DNA from: Geotalea daltonii FRC-32
GTDB lineage: Bacteria; Desulfobacterota; Desulfuromonadia; Geobacterales; Geobacteraceae
NCBI RefSeq assembly: GCF_000022265.1
Contig: NC_011979.1
Coordinates: 1,800,001 to 1,832,000, forward strand
Direction of reading: 5' to 3'
DNA length: 32,000 nucleotides
Positions 9,000 through 17,984 of this stretch are shown piece by piece. The notes beneath the pieces are model-generated. The model saw only the letters and a list, made by a program, of their open reading frames with translations. It did not search any database and was not told the origin of the DNA. Numbering within the stretch: the first letter of the stretch is position 1; each line of letters opens with the position of its first letter. The translations under genes were made by a program, and so were the position numbers.

Positions 9000-9112
9000 C
9001 CCTCTCCAGGAGGACCCATAGGGCCTAAAGGAGAGGGCCAGGGGGAGGGGGAAGAATGCCACTGCTGTTTCCCCTCATCCGGCCTGCGGCCACCTTCTCC
9101 CCGGGGAGAAGG
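9000..9112. repeat. REP-like intergenic palindromes (CCCTCTCC...GGAGAGGG; CCTTCTCCCCGGGGAGAAGG)
   Basis: One hairpin has arms at 9000-9007 and 9030-9037. A perfect 20-bp palindrome lies at 9093-9112. G/C-rich 'ctcccc..ggggag' palindromes of this style recur in intergenic DNA of many proteobacteria. Confidence 0.6.
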
Positions 9113-9150
9113 GTTAGGAGCTTCACTTTTAGCTTTTAAATGGAACCGTC

Positions 9151-9813
9151 ATGAATTTCATCGACCTCAGCAATCAAAGTACCAATGTTACCGGCGTCAT
9201 CCTGGCCGGTGGCGCCTCCAGCCGCATGGGGAGCAATAAGGCGCTCCTCCCTTACCGGGGCGGGCGATTCATCGAGGCGATTCATCGGCAGCTTGCCCGG
9301 CACTTTGCCGAGATCATTGTCGTCACCAATACGCCACAGCAGTACTCGTTCCTGCCTTGTCGAACGGTCTGCGACCTGTTCCCCGGCATGGGGGCGCTGG
9401 CCGGCATCCATGCCGGGCTCTTCCACAGCACCACTCCGGCCATCTTTGCCGTCGCCTGCGATATGCCCTACCTGGATGACGAACTGATACGCTACCTCAC
9501 CAGTCGCTATAATCCGGCCGGGGTTGTGATTCCCGAAAGCGACGGCGGCCTTGAACCACTCCATGCGGTCTATGGGCGCGGCTGCCTGGGGGGCATGGAA
9601 AAGAGCCTCGCGGCAGGTAAAAAGCGGGTAGTCTCTTTTTTCGATGGGGTTCCCGTGGAGGTCGTGCCGGCCGGTCTGGTGGCCTGTTTCGACGGTGGGT
9701 TCAATTCCTTCCGCAACATCAATACCCCCGCCGACTACTTCAGTCTGCGCGGGGAGCAGACGGTCGTTCACAGCAGTGACAACAGCAGCGCCATAAGCAA
9801 AAGGAGAGAGTAA
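9151..9813 (+). CDS. mobA: Molybdenum cofactor guanylyltransferase (MobA), copy 1
   Basis: Has the N-terminal nucleotide-binding motif [19 protein letters not shown] and ACDMPYL. It is a paralog of the ORF at 20200..20874. Confidence 0.85.
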   Translation: MNFIDLSNQSTNVTGVILAGGASSRMGSNKALLPYRGGRFIEAIHRQLARHFAEIIVVTNTPQQYSFLPCRTVCDLFPGMGALAGIHAGLFHSTTPAIFAVACDMPYLDDELIRYLTSRYNPAGVVIPESDGGLEPLHAVYGRGCLGGMEKSLAAGKKRVVSFFDGVPVEVVPAGLVACFDGGFNSFRNINTPADYFSLRGEQTVVHSSDNSSAISKRRE

Positions 9814-9977
9814 TGTTCGGATTCGGCATGCCCGAAGTTATAGTCATAGGCATAATCGCCCTGGTGGTGGTTGGCCCGTCGAAACTGCCCCAGTTGGGTC
9901 AGGCCCTGGGGAGCAGTATCAGGAACTTCAAGAAAGCCAGCCAGGGCGAGGATATGGCGAAGATCGAGAAGGAGTAA
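9813..9977 (+). CDS. tatA: Twin-arginine translocase subunit TatA/E
   Basis: 54-codon ORF missed by the track (<60 aa): [54 protein letters not shown]. The ATG overlaps the mobA TAA by 1 nt. The G.PE......LVVFGP.KLP..G...G....FK pattern is diagnostic of TatA. Confidence 0.85.
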   Translation: MFGFGMPEVIVIGIIALVVVGPSKLPQLGQALGSSIRNFKKASQGEDMAKIEKE

Positions 9978-10075
9978 GGGGAGGGGAGGTCGTTTTCGCC
10001 GCTGAGCCGTTGGGAATGCAAATTGCTATACCTTTTGCCAAGTTACAGTGTTTATCAATGTATTGGCGGGGCGGA

Positions 10076-12256
10076 ATGACAAGGCTTCTTATATGTAAAA
10101 TCCACCTGGCGGCGCTGCTGCTGGTGCTGATGGCGGGGCGCGGCAATGCCGTGGCAGCCACGACCGATCTGTTTGTCAACCAGGCTATAGCGCGGTACCT
10201 GGCAGCTGGGCGCGTTGCGCCTGCGGTGAAGGAAAATCTCGACCGGGACGGCTTGGCCGAGGTCCTGGCTGTGCTGGCCGATGACGACATGGAGTCCCAA
10301 GTGGCGCTGCTTCGTCAAGGCCAGAGGCCGGGGGTGGATTCGGCCGAGTTGGTCAGCGAAAAGGCACGTCTGTATAAGGTTAAAAAGCGGAGTATTCTTG
10401 CTCCCCTGCCCATGGACGGTTACGAACAGCTCCAGGAATTCGAACATGCGCCGGTGCTGCACCTCCGTGTCAATGCTGCCGGTCTGGCCGTGCTGTTGGA
10501 GAATCCGGAGGTGGTTGCCGTCAGTGAGAACCGTGCCCATCGCCACCATTTATCCCAGAGCCTGCCGTTGATCAGGGCCGCTCAGGCCCAGGCCATGGGT
10601 GCGACTGGGGCGGGTACGGCGGTGGCGGTGCTCGATACCGGGGTCGACTACACTCGCAGCGCTTTCGGTGGCTGCTCGGCGCCCGGGGTTCCCTCATCAT
10701 GCAAGGTAATTTACGCCCAGGATATTGCCCCCAGCGATGGGCAGTTGGACGGCAACGGCCATGGCAGTAACGTGGCGGGGATCATCCTCGGGGTAGCTCC
10801 GGAAACGGGTATCATCGCTTTGGATGTATTCCGCACCGATGGTTATGCTTACACCTCCGACCTCTTGAGTGCCCTCAACTGGGCACTCTCCAACCGAGCC
10901 ACCTACAATATCGCTGCCGTCAACATGAGCCTGGGGGGAGGGAGCTACAGCGCCGTCTGCAGCAGCGATCCCCTTGCCTCGATAGTCAACAACCTGCGAA
11001 ACGCCGGGGTGGCGTCGGCCATTTCCTCGGGGAATGAGGCCTACAACGGTTCCATGGCCTCGCCGGCCTGCGTGCCTGCTGCCGTTTCGGTGGGAGCGGT
11101 ATACGACTCCAATATGGGTTCCATATCCTGGGCCGGCTGCACCGACGCCACCACGGCTGCCGACAAGGTTACCTGCTTCACCAACATGGCCGATTTCCTG
11201 ACTATCCTGGCTCCCGGCGCCTTGATTAACGCAGCGGGTTACACCTATGGCGGCACTTCCCAGGCGGCGCCCCACATCGCCGGTGTTGTGGCGGCCATGA
11301 AAAGTGCCCATCCCTCTCTGACCGTCAACGACTTGGTGAGCAGGCTGACCTCCACCGGCCAGTCTGTTTCCACAAAGCGACTGGGAACCACCTATGTGAA
11401 ACCGCGGGTCAATCTGGAAGCGGCCATGCAGTACCCCAGAATCGTTATGCCTGCAGGGCCCCAGGATTACGGCTACCATCCCCAGGGGAGCTCGACTATC
11501 AGGACGCTTACTATAGGCAACAACGGCACAACCGATCTGCAGCTGGGCACCTTGAACCTGTCCGGCACCGATGCCGATCAGTTCCTCATTCAGAACGACA
11601 GCTGTTCAGGGCGGGCCGTGGCCCCCATTGCCACCTGCACCTTCGACCTGGTCTTTCAGCCTTCCCGTGGCGGCGATTTCCTCGTCTCCCTGTCCATCCC
11701 CTCCAACGACCCCGATTTACCCCAGGGTATGATCTCCTTGAGCGGTTCATCATTGGCACGCTACCAGCTGACTGTCTCCCCGAGCGGCAACGGCACCGTT
11801 ACCAGCCAGCCGGACGGCATTGCCTGCGGCGCTTCCTGCAGCGCCCAATTCGTCATGGGAACGGTGGTCACTCTTACGGCGTTGCCGGCAGCCGATTCCA
11901 TCCTGTCCGGCTGGGGTGGTGCCTGCAGCGGGAGCGGGCCCTGCCAAGTGAACATGAACGGCCCCTTGACCGTTTCTGCCGCCTTTACCACCAAGCCCCC
12001 CGTGGCGCTTTCCGGTGCGCCTGAAAACTATTTCACCTCCCTGTCCGACGCCTATGCCGCAGCTCCCGACGGCAGCACCATCCAGGCCAAGGCTGCCACC
12101 TTCACGGAAAGCCTGCTCCTGCAAAGGAATGTGGCGGTGACGCTGGCCGGCGGCTACGATTCGGCCTACGGAGCAGTTGTGGGGATGACCGTGGTGAATG
12201 GAGACCTGACAATCAGCGCCGGCTCGGTCACGGTCCAGGGGCTGACGTTGCAGTAG
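10076..12256 (+). CDS. Secreted subtilisin-like (S8) serine protease with C-terminal Ig-like/B-repeat domains
   Basis: Has a signal peptide (MTRLLICKIHLAALLLVLMAGRGNAVAA) and catalytic triad motifs AVLDTGVD, GNGHGSNVAG and GGTSQAAPHIAG. The C-terminus contains a HYDIN/choice-of-anchor-D-like segment and an InlB B-repeat-like segment (YQLTVSPSGNGTVTS...LTVSAAF). Start chosen at the Met that heads the signal peptide. Confidence 0.85.
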   Translation: MTRLLICKIHLAALLLVLMAGRGNAVAATTDLFVNQAIARYLAAGRVAPAVKENLDRDGLAEVLAVLADDDMESQVALLRQGQRPGVDSAELVSEKARLYKVKKRSILAPLPMDGYEQLQEFEHAPVLHLRVNAAGLAVLLENPEVVAVSENRAHRHHLSQSLPLIRAAQAQAMGATGAGTAVAVLDTGVDYTRSAFGGCSAPGVPSSCKVIYAQDIAPSDGQLDGNGHGSNVAGIILGVAPETGIIALDVFRTDGYAYTSDLLSALNWALSNRATYNIAAVNMSLGGGSYSAVCSSDPLASIVNNLRNAGVASAISSGNEAYNGSMASPACVPAAVSVGAVYDSNMGSISWAGCTDATTAADKVTCFTNMADFLTILAPGALINAAGYTYGGTSQAAPHIAGVVAAMKSAHPSLTVNDLVSRLTSTGQSVSTKRLGTTYVKPRVNLEAAMQYPRIVMPAGPQDYGYHPQGSSTIRTLTIGNNGTTDLQLGTLNLSGTDADQFLIQNDSCSGRAVAPIATCTFDLVFQPSRGGDFLVSLSIPSNDPDLPQGMISLSGSSLARYQLTVSPSGNGTVTSQPDGIACGASCSAQFVMGTVVTLTALPAADSILSGWGGACSGSGPCQVNMNGPLTVSAAFTTKPPVALSGAPENYFTSLSDAYAAAPDGSTIQAKAATFTESLLLQRNVAVTLAGGYDSAYGAVVGMTVVNGDLTISAGSVTVQGLTLQ

Positions 12257-12458
12257 CAAAGCCCTTTTCCCTTTACCTGCCCGACAGGTGAGTGTCACCC
12301 TTTAGTTTCCGAATTTAAATAGCCGAAAGGTCTCTTGTTACTGTACCTGTTCATAATTAAACTTATCTTTTAGTCTCTGTGATCTTTGCTCTCATCCGGG
12401 AGATAAAGCAGGCCTGAGTGGTTGTAAGGCAGGCATTACAGGGAAAAAGGAGGTCATT

Positions 12459-13031
12459 ATGGCAGGCAAGAACACGGCGGTTTACGGGATATACACCAAC
12501 AGGGCGGATGCGGAGAATTGTGTGGACGCATTGCGTGATGCAGGGTTCAGAAGCACGGATATTTCAGTTCTCTTACCTGAAAATGTGGGGTCAAAGGATT
12601 TTGCCCATGAGAAGCACACCAAGGCTCCGGAGGGTACGGCAGCCGGGGCCGGGACAGGCGCAGCAATAGGTGGCGCTTTAGGGTGGCTTACCGGCATAGG
12701 AGCGCTGGCCATCCCCGGCATTGGACCATTCCTCGCGGCCGGGCCGATTGTTGCCCTCCTGGCCGGAGTGGGGGCAGGCGGAGTGGTAGGGGGCATAGCA
12801 GGTGCACTGGTCGGAATGGGAATTCCCGAATACGAGGCTAAGCGTTATGAAGGCCGCGTAAAGGAAGGGGGAATACTCATGTCGGTCCATTCCGACAATT
12901 CGGAATGGGCAGACCGGGCAAAGGAGATCCTGGAGCGTACCGGTGCCCGTGATGTCTCATCCCACGGGGAAGCCAAGGCGGATTTCGCCAAGAGCGACAA
13001 GCCCGAATATCGGGGTGGGTCGCAGGTATAA
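12459..13031 (+). CDS. Glycine-zipper membrane protein with YflT/general-stress-like soluble domains
   Basis: ATG sits behind AAAGGAGG. The soluble N-terminus (VYGIYTNRADAENCVDALRDAGF) and the EYEAKRYEGRVKEGGILMSVH segment flank a Gly/Ala-rich hydrophobic core (GAAIGGALGWLTGIGALAIPGIGPFLAAGPIVALLAGVGAGGVVGGIAGALVGMG). Family assignment is from memory. Confidence 0.6.
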   Translation: MAGKNTAVYGIYTNRADAENCVDALRDAGFRSTDISVLLPENVGSKDFAHEKHTKAPEGTAAGAGTGAAIGGALGWLTGIGALAIPGIGPFLAAGPIVALLAGVGAGGVVGGIAGALVGMGIPEYEAKRYEGRVKEGGILMSVHSDNSEWADRAKEILERTGARDVSSHGEAKADFAKSDKPEYRGGSQV

Positions 13032-13053
13032 AAAACAGAGCTTCGTTGTTCCC

Positions 13054-13094
13054 ACAGGGGCAGGGCCGATCATAAGCCTGCCCCTGTTGTTTTT
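13054..13094 (+). terminator. Rho-independent terminator
   Basis: An 11-bp perfect stem (ACAGGGGCAGG / CCTGCCCCTGT) with a 12-nt loop is followed by TGTTTTT, 23 nt after the stop codon. Confidence 0.8.
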
Positions 13095-13171
13095 AGAGCA
13101 AGAATTTCTTTCGCCGCTACTTCAACTCTTAGAGTTCCCCTGGGGGCAGATACCTTGTGCTTCTAGTGGAT

Positions 13172-13756
13172 TTATGAGCGTACAAATGCCAGCAACTGGC
13201 TGTAATCGTGCCGGTCTGCGGCACGGAGTGCATTGATGTACTGTTGCCGACAGTCACCGGCATTGACCAGATTACCGCTACCCCAGGTAAAGTGCGGTTG
13301 TCCCAACAGATGCACCAGAAGAATATCGGTCATGAGCCTGGCATGACGTCCGTTGCCGTTGGGGAAGGGGTGAATTGCCGCAAGGCGGTGATGAAAGCGT
13401 GCTGCTATCTCATCCGGTGGGTAGGTGCCGTATTCAATCCAGGTGGCGCAGTCGGCGCAGAGATTTTGCAAGTCGGTATCTATCTGCCATGCCGCAACAC
13501 CAATATTCTTGCCGCTGTTGCGTCTTTCTCCTGCCCAGCGCCAGACATTACCGAACATCCTTTTGTGCATCCGCTTGATGAAGCCAATGGTGAGAATATC
13601 TTTCGGCTTGCGGCGAAACGCCCATGCTTCCGCTTCGCTGATGTTTTCCTGTTCCCAGCGGTCAAGCTCAAACCGGCTGGTGATATGAGAAAGCAGCAGA
13701 CCTTTCGCTTCGTCGGCGTCAAGCGGTGTTGCCCCCTCTGGATAAACAATGTTCAT
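13172..13756 (-). CDS. Fic-domain protein ('mobile mystery protein B' type)
   Basis: 194 aa with Fic active-site motif HPFPNGNGRHAR. Overall architecture matches the TIGRFAM family described as mobile mystery protein B. ATGA start/stop overlap with the upstream HTH gene. Confidence 0.8.
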   Translation of the reverse strand: MNIVYPEGATPLDADEAKGLLLSHITSRFELDRWEQENISEAEAWAFRRKPKDILTIGFIKRMHKRMFGNVWRWAGERRNSGKNIGVAAWQIDTDLQNLCADCATWIEYGTYPPDEIAARFHHRLAAIHPFPNGNGRHARLMTDILLVHLLGQPHFTWGSGNLVNAGDCRQQYINALRAADRHDYSQLLAFVRS

Positions 13757-14223
13757 GGCTTACTTTCCCAGAGTTCTTTCGGCATTTCCTGCACTAGTTC
13801 ATCAACGGCGGCGTCAATCGATGCGCTTTGCTCCTGGTCAGACAGGTTCTGCGCTTCGAGCAGCATGGTGTGCGACACCCTCTGCGTTCTGGCGTCGGCA
13901 ACCTTGCGAGCCTGCGCTCGAACGGTTTCCTCCAGGGTGGTACGGGGAATCATGGCGTAGACAAACACGCAATCCAGTGCTTCAGCAGCTTGCCGCATGG
14001 TTTTAATAGAGACGACGCCTGACAGCTCATCCCGTTCCAGTTTGGGAATGCGCGGCTGGCTGACATTCAGGCGCTTTGCCAGTTGTTTACCCGACATACC
14101 GAGTGCTTCACGGATTGCCCGTATCCAGCCTTTAACCGGCGGCGAGTTTTGTTTTAAGGCGGCATAGTAGGACAGCGTATTATCTAGCTGTTGACGCGCG
14201 ATGAGTTTGTATTTTGGTAGCAT
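13753..14223 (-). CDS. XRE-type HTH protein ('mobile mystery protein A' type), putative partner/antitoxin of the Fic protein
   Basis: Start ATG 14223 (MLPKYKL) lies behind AGAGG. The HTH is IREALGMSGKQLAKRLNVSQPRIPKLE. It is translationally coupled to the Fic gene. Confidence 0.75.
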   Translation of the reverse strand: MLPKYKLIARQQLDNTLSYYAALKQNSPPVKGWIRAIREALGMSGKQLAKRLNVSQPRIPKLERDELSGVVSIKTMRQAAEALDCVFVYAMIPRTTLEETVRAQARKVADARTQRVSHTMLLEAQNLSDQEQSASIDAAVDELVQEMPKELWESKP

Positions 14224-14719
14224 ATAAATAACCTCTATATTATTCTGATACGTCAGATAATAACATAACAATTATTTTTAACAATATAAATAATAATCTA
14301 TGGGTTATTTATGTGACGCCCAGTGGGCAGTGAGTTGGATGAATCTTCAGGCTGAGCATGACCTTGAATGTGCTGAGACCGCTGCAACGTCCCCTATCTC
14401 TGCCCAAATTTCATTTTTTTCAGGTTAAGGCAAATAGAGTCTAATCCAGGGAAAAGAGCCTCTCTACTGATTCTAAGATTTCAGATTTTAATGGCTGTCA
14501 AAGGGGATGCGCCCCCTTCTGGCGGACAGATCCTTTTGCCATGGAGACGGTCTTCTTTTCTGTTCATGAAAGAAAAAGCGGAAATAGCTAAAGCTTCGAC
14601 AGGGATGTGACGATATTTTAATATGCAGCGCTATATATCGTTTCACTGGACCAATAAAACAATGTCATATTAATTTATAGCTAAAAATAGCCATGGTGGA
14701 GTTGGTAATAATTGCTGAC

Positions 14720-14747
14720 TTGAGAATATAAAACATAGTATTATAAT
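14720..14747 (+). promoter_or_regulatory. Sigma-70-like promoter for fdh cluster 2 (TTGAGA-N16-TATAAT)
   Basis: -35 TTGAGA at 14720-14725 and perfect -10 TATAAT at 14742-14747, ~60 nt upstream of the fdnG-2 ATG in AT-rich DNA. No properly spaced -24/-12 element is present here. Confidence 0.4.
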
Positions 14748-14805
14748 GACGTAAACCAGGTTGCCATGTGATTTCAGACTTTTTTTCACAGAAGGAGGTT
14801 GTGCT

Positions 14806-17800
14806 ATGGCAGTTTCGCGCAGGAACTTTCTCAAGCTTTCAGGGGCCGGTCTGGCGGCGTCGGCGCTGGGGCTGGATCTGGCCCCGCTGGAGGCGAAGGC
14901 GGAGGACCTTCCTATCCGCTTTGCCAAGGAGACCACTTCAATCTGCCCTTACTGCTCGGTGGGGTGCGGCATGATCATGCATACCCTGGGAGGGAACCTG
15001 ATCAACGTGGAGGGGGACCCGGACCATCCTATAAACGAAGGGGCCCTCTGTCCCAAAGGTTCGGCGGTTTTCCAGCTGCGGGATAACCCGGCCCGGGTGA
15101 CCAAGCCCATGTACCGTGCGGCAGGCTCCAAGGAATGGCAGACGGTCACCTGGGACTGGGCCATGGACGAGATCGCCAGGCGGGTGAAGAAAAGCCGCGA
15201 TGCCAGCTTCGTTGCCACCAGCAAGATCAAGGTGAAAGAGAAGGTGGGTGACGCCGAGGTGGAAAACGAGGTGACGGCGACGGTCAACCGGACCATGGGC
15301 ATGGCCTCGGTGGGTAGCGCCGCCCTGGACAATGAAGAGTGTTACCTGTACCAAAAACTATTAAGGGGGTTGGGCCTGGTGTACATCGAACATCAGGCGC
15401 GCATTTGACACAGCGCAACTGTAGCGGCTCTGGCAGAGTCGTTTGGACGCGGTGCAATGACCAACCACTGGATAGATCTGAAGAATTCAAATGTTATTCT
15501 CATCATGGGCGCCAATCCCGCTGAAAACCACCCGGTCTCCTTCCGCTGGATATTGAAGGCCAAGGATGCAGGGGCCAAGGTTATCTGCGTCGATCCACGT
15601 TTTACCCGCAGTGCGGCCAAGGCCGACATTTATGCTCCCCTCCGTTCCGGAACGGATATCGCCTTCCTGGGGGGCATGATCAATTACATTTTGCAGAACC
15701 ACCTTTATTTCGCCGAATATGTCAAGCACTACACCAATGCTCCGCTTCTGGTGAATGCAGCCTTCCGGATGCCCGATGAACTGGATGGCCTTTTCTCCGG
15801 CTACGACCCCAAAAAGCGCAGTTATGATGCCAAATCCTGGGGATTCCAGAAAGATGGAGCAGGTAATCCCCTTGCCGATCCGACCCTCAGTGATCCCAAC
15901 TGCGTATTCCAGCTTCTGAAGAAACACTACGCCCGCTATACCCCGGAGATGGTCTCCAGCATTACCGGTACCTCCAAGGAGACCCTGATCGAGGTGTACA
16001 AGGCATATGGCTCCACCGGCGCCCCCGACAAGGCGGGAACCTCCCTCTATGCCATGGGCTGGACCCAGCATACGGTGGGGACCCAAAACATCCGGGCCAT
16101 GTCCATCATTCAGCTGCTTCTGGGCAATATCGGCATTGCCGGGGGCGGGGTAAACGCACTGCGCGGCGAGTCAAATGTCCAGGGCTCAACCGACCATGGC
16201 CTGCTTTTCCATATCCTTCCCGGTTACCTGCCAATGCCGTCTGCTGATTTGAAAGACCTTGCCGCCTACAACGCCAAGTACACCCCGAAGAGCAACGACC
16301 CCCAGAGCGCCAACTGGTGGCAGAACCGCCCCAAATACATCGCCAGCTACCTGAAGGCCATCTACGGCGCCAAGGCCACCAAGGAGAACGATTTCGGTTA
16401 CCAATGGCTGCCCAAGCTGGATCCGGGGATGAACGGCTCGTGGCTGATGATCTTCGACCAGATGATCAAGGGGAAATTCAGCGGCTTCTTTGCCTGGGGG
16501 CAGAATCCGGCATGTTCCGGCGCCAATTCCAACAAGGTGCGCAAGGCCCTGTCAAGGCTTGACTGGATGGTGGCGGTCAACCTCTTCGACAATGAGACCG
16601 CTTCCTTCTGGCGCGGTCCGGGCATGGATCCCGCCAAGGTGAATACGGAGGTTTTCCTCCTTCCCGCCGCCGCTTCCTTCGAAAAGGAGGGATCGATAAC
16701 CAATTCGGGGCGCTGGGCCCAGTGGCGCTATGCGGCGGTGAAGCCCCTCGGCCAGTCCAAGGCCGATTCGGAGATAATGAACGAGCTTTTCTTCCGCATC
16801 AAGGGGCTTTATCAGGTAGAAGGGGGCGCGCTCCCCGAGCAACTCCTCAACCTGACCTGGAACTATGGGTTCAAGCGGGCCGATGGCATCATCCGCAGCG
16901 TCGATATCCATGCCGTGGCCAAGGAGATCAACGGTACCTTCATTGCTGAAGTGGAGGACAAGCCCAAGGCCAAGCCTGGAGAGCCACCGCCACCGCCACC
17001 GCAGCCGTGGGAGAAGAAACTGCTCGGCAAAAAGGGTGAGCTGGTCGACGGCTTCGCCAAGCTGCAGGCAGACGGCAGCACGGCCTGCGGCAACTGGATC
17101 TATTGCCAGAGCTACAACGAAAAGGGGAACATGATGGCCAGGCGGGTGAAAAAGGACCCCACCGGCCTGGGGATGTTTCCCGAGTGGTCCTGGTGCTGGC
17201 CGGTGAACCGGCGCATCATCTACAATCGGGCTTCGGTCAACCTGGAGGGCAAGCCGTTCAATGTGAAGAAGGCGGTTGTTTATTGGAACCCGCTGGCGGT
17301 TCTGCCCGACGGCAAGCTGGGCAAGTGGGAAGGGGATGTGCCCGACGGGCCGTGGCCACCCATGGCCGATGCCAAGGACGGGCGCAAGCCGTTCATCATG
17401 CGTGCTGACGGCCTGGGGGCACTCTTCGGGCCAGGCTTGAAGGATGGGCCGTTCCCCGAACATTACGAACCTGTGGAATCGCCGGTAGCGAAAAACCTGC
17501 TGTCGAAGCAGCAGATCAATCCGGCGGTGAAGATCTTTGCCGATGGCACAATTCCTGAGGATGTGCTGGCCTCGGCTGACAGCAAATTTCCCCTTGTGGC
17601 GACTACCTACCGGGTTACCGAACATTGGCAGACAGGCGTTATGACCCGTAACACCCCTTGGCTGCTGGAACTGCAACCGCGGCAGTTCGTGGAAATGAGC
17701 GTTGAACTGGCCAAGGAGAAGGGGCTGAATAATGGCGATCAGGTTGTAGTTTCCTCGGCCCGGGGAAGCATCGAGGCTGTGGCCGTGGTTACGCCGCGCC

Positions 17801-17979
17801 TGAAGCCCATGAAGATTGGAGACCGTCTTGTGCACCAGGTTGGGCTGCCATGGTGTTTCGGCTGGTGTACACCGGGAGTGGGGGATGCGGCCAATCTGCT
17901 GACACCGACTGCCGGGGATGCCAATACCATGATCCCGGAAACCAAGGCCTTCATGGTCACGCTGAAGAGAAGGGGGTGA
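14806..17979 (+). CDS. fdnG: Formate dehydrogenase catalytic subunit, paralog 2, TAT-exported, selenocysteine at TGA 15406-15408
   Basis: ATG 14806 sits behind GAAGGAGG, with TAT signal MAVSRRNFLKLSGAGLAASALG. Track ORFs 14761..15408 and 15457..17979 are in the same frame, joined through EHQARI-U-HSATVAALAESFGRGAMTNHW. Confidence 0.95.
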
Positions 17980-17984
17980 GCGCC

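Noticed and set aside
12418-12669. 83-aa + strand ORF overlapping the start of the glycine-zipper protein gene
   Set aside because: It is out of frame with the well-supported 12459..13031 gene, which has a strong AAAGGAGG SD. It is Arg-rich and typical of an off-frame artefact.
14339-14428. 29-codon ORF (MNLQAEHDLECAETAATSPISAQISFFSG) in the AT-rich spacer
   Set aside because: It has no convincing SD and no recognisable features, and it cannot be supported from sequence alone.
14703-14715. Sigma-54-like TGGTAATAATTGC upstream of fdh cluster 2
   Set aside because: The GG-to-GC spacing is 10 nt instead of the canonical 12, and spacing in -24/-12 promoters is essentially invariant.
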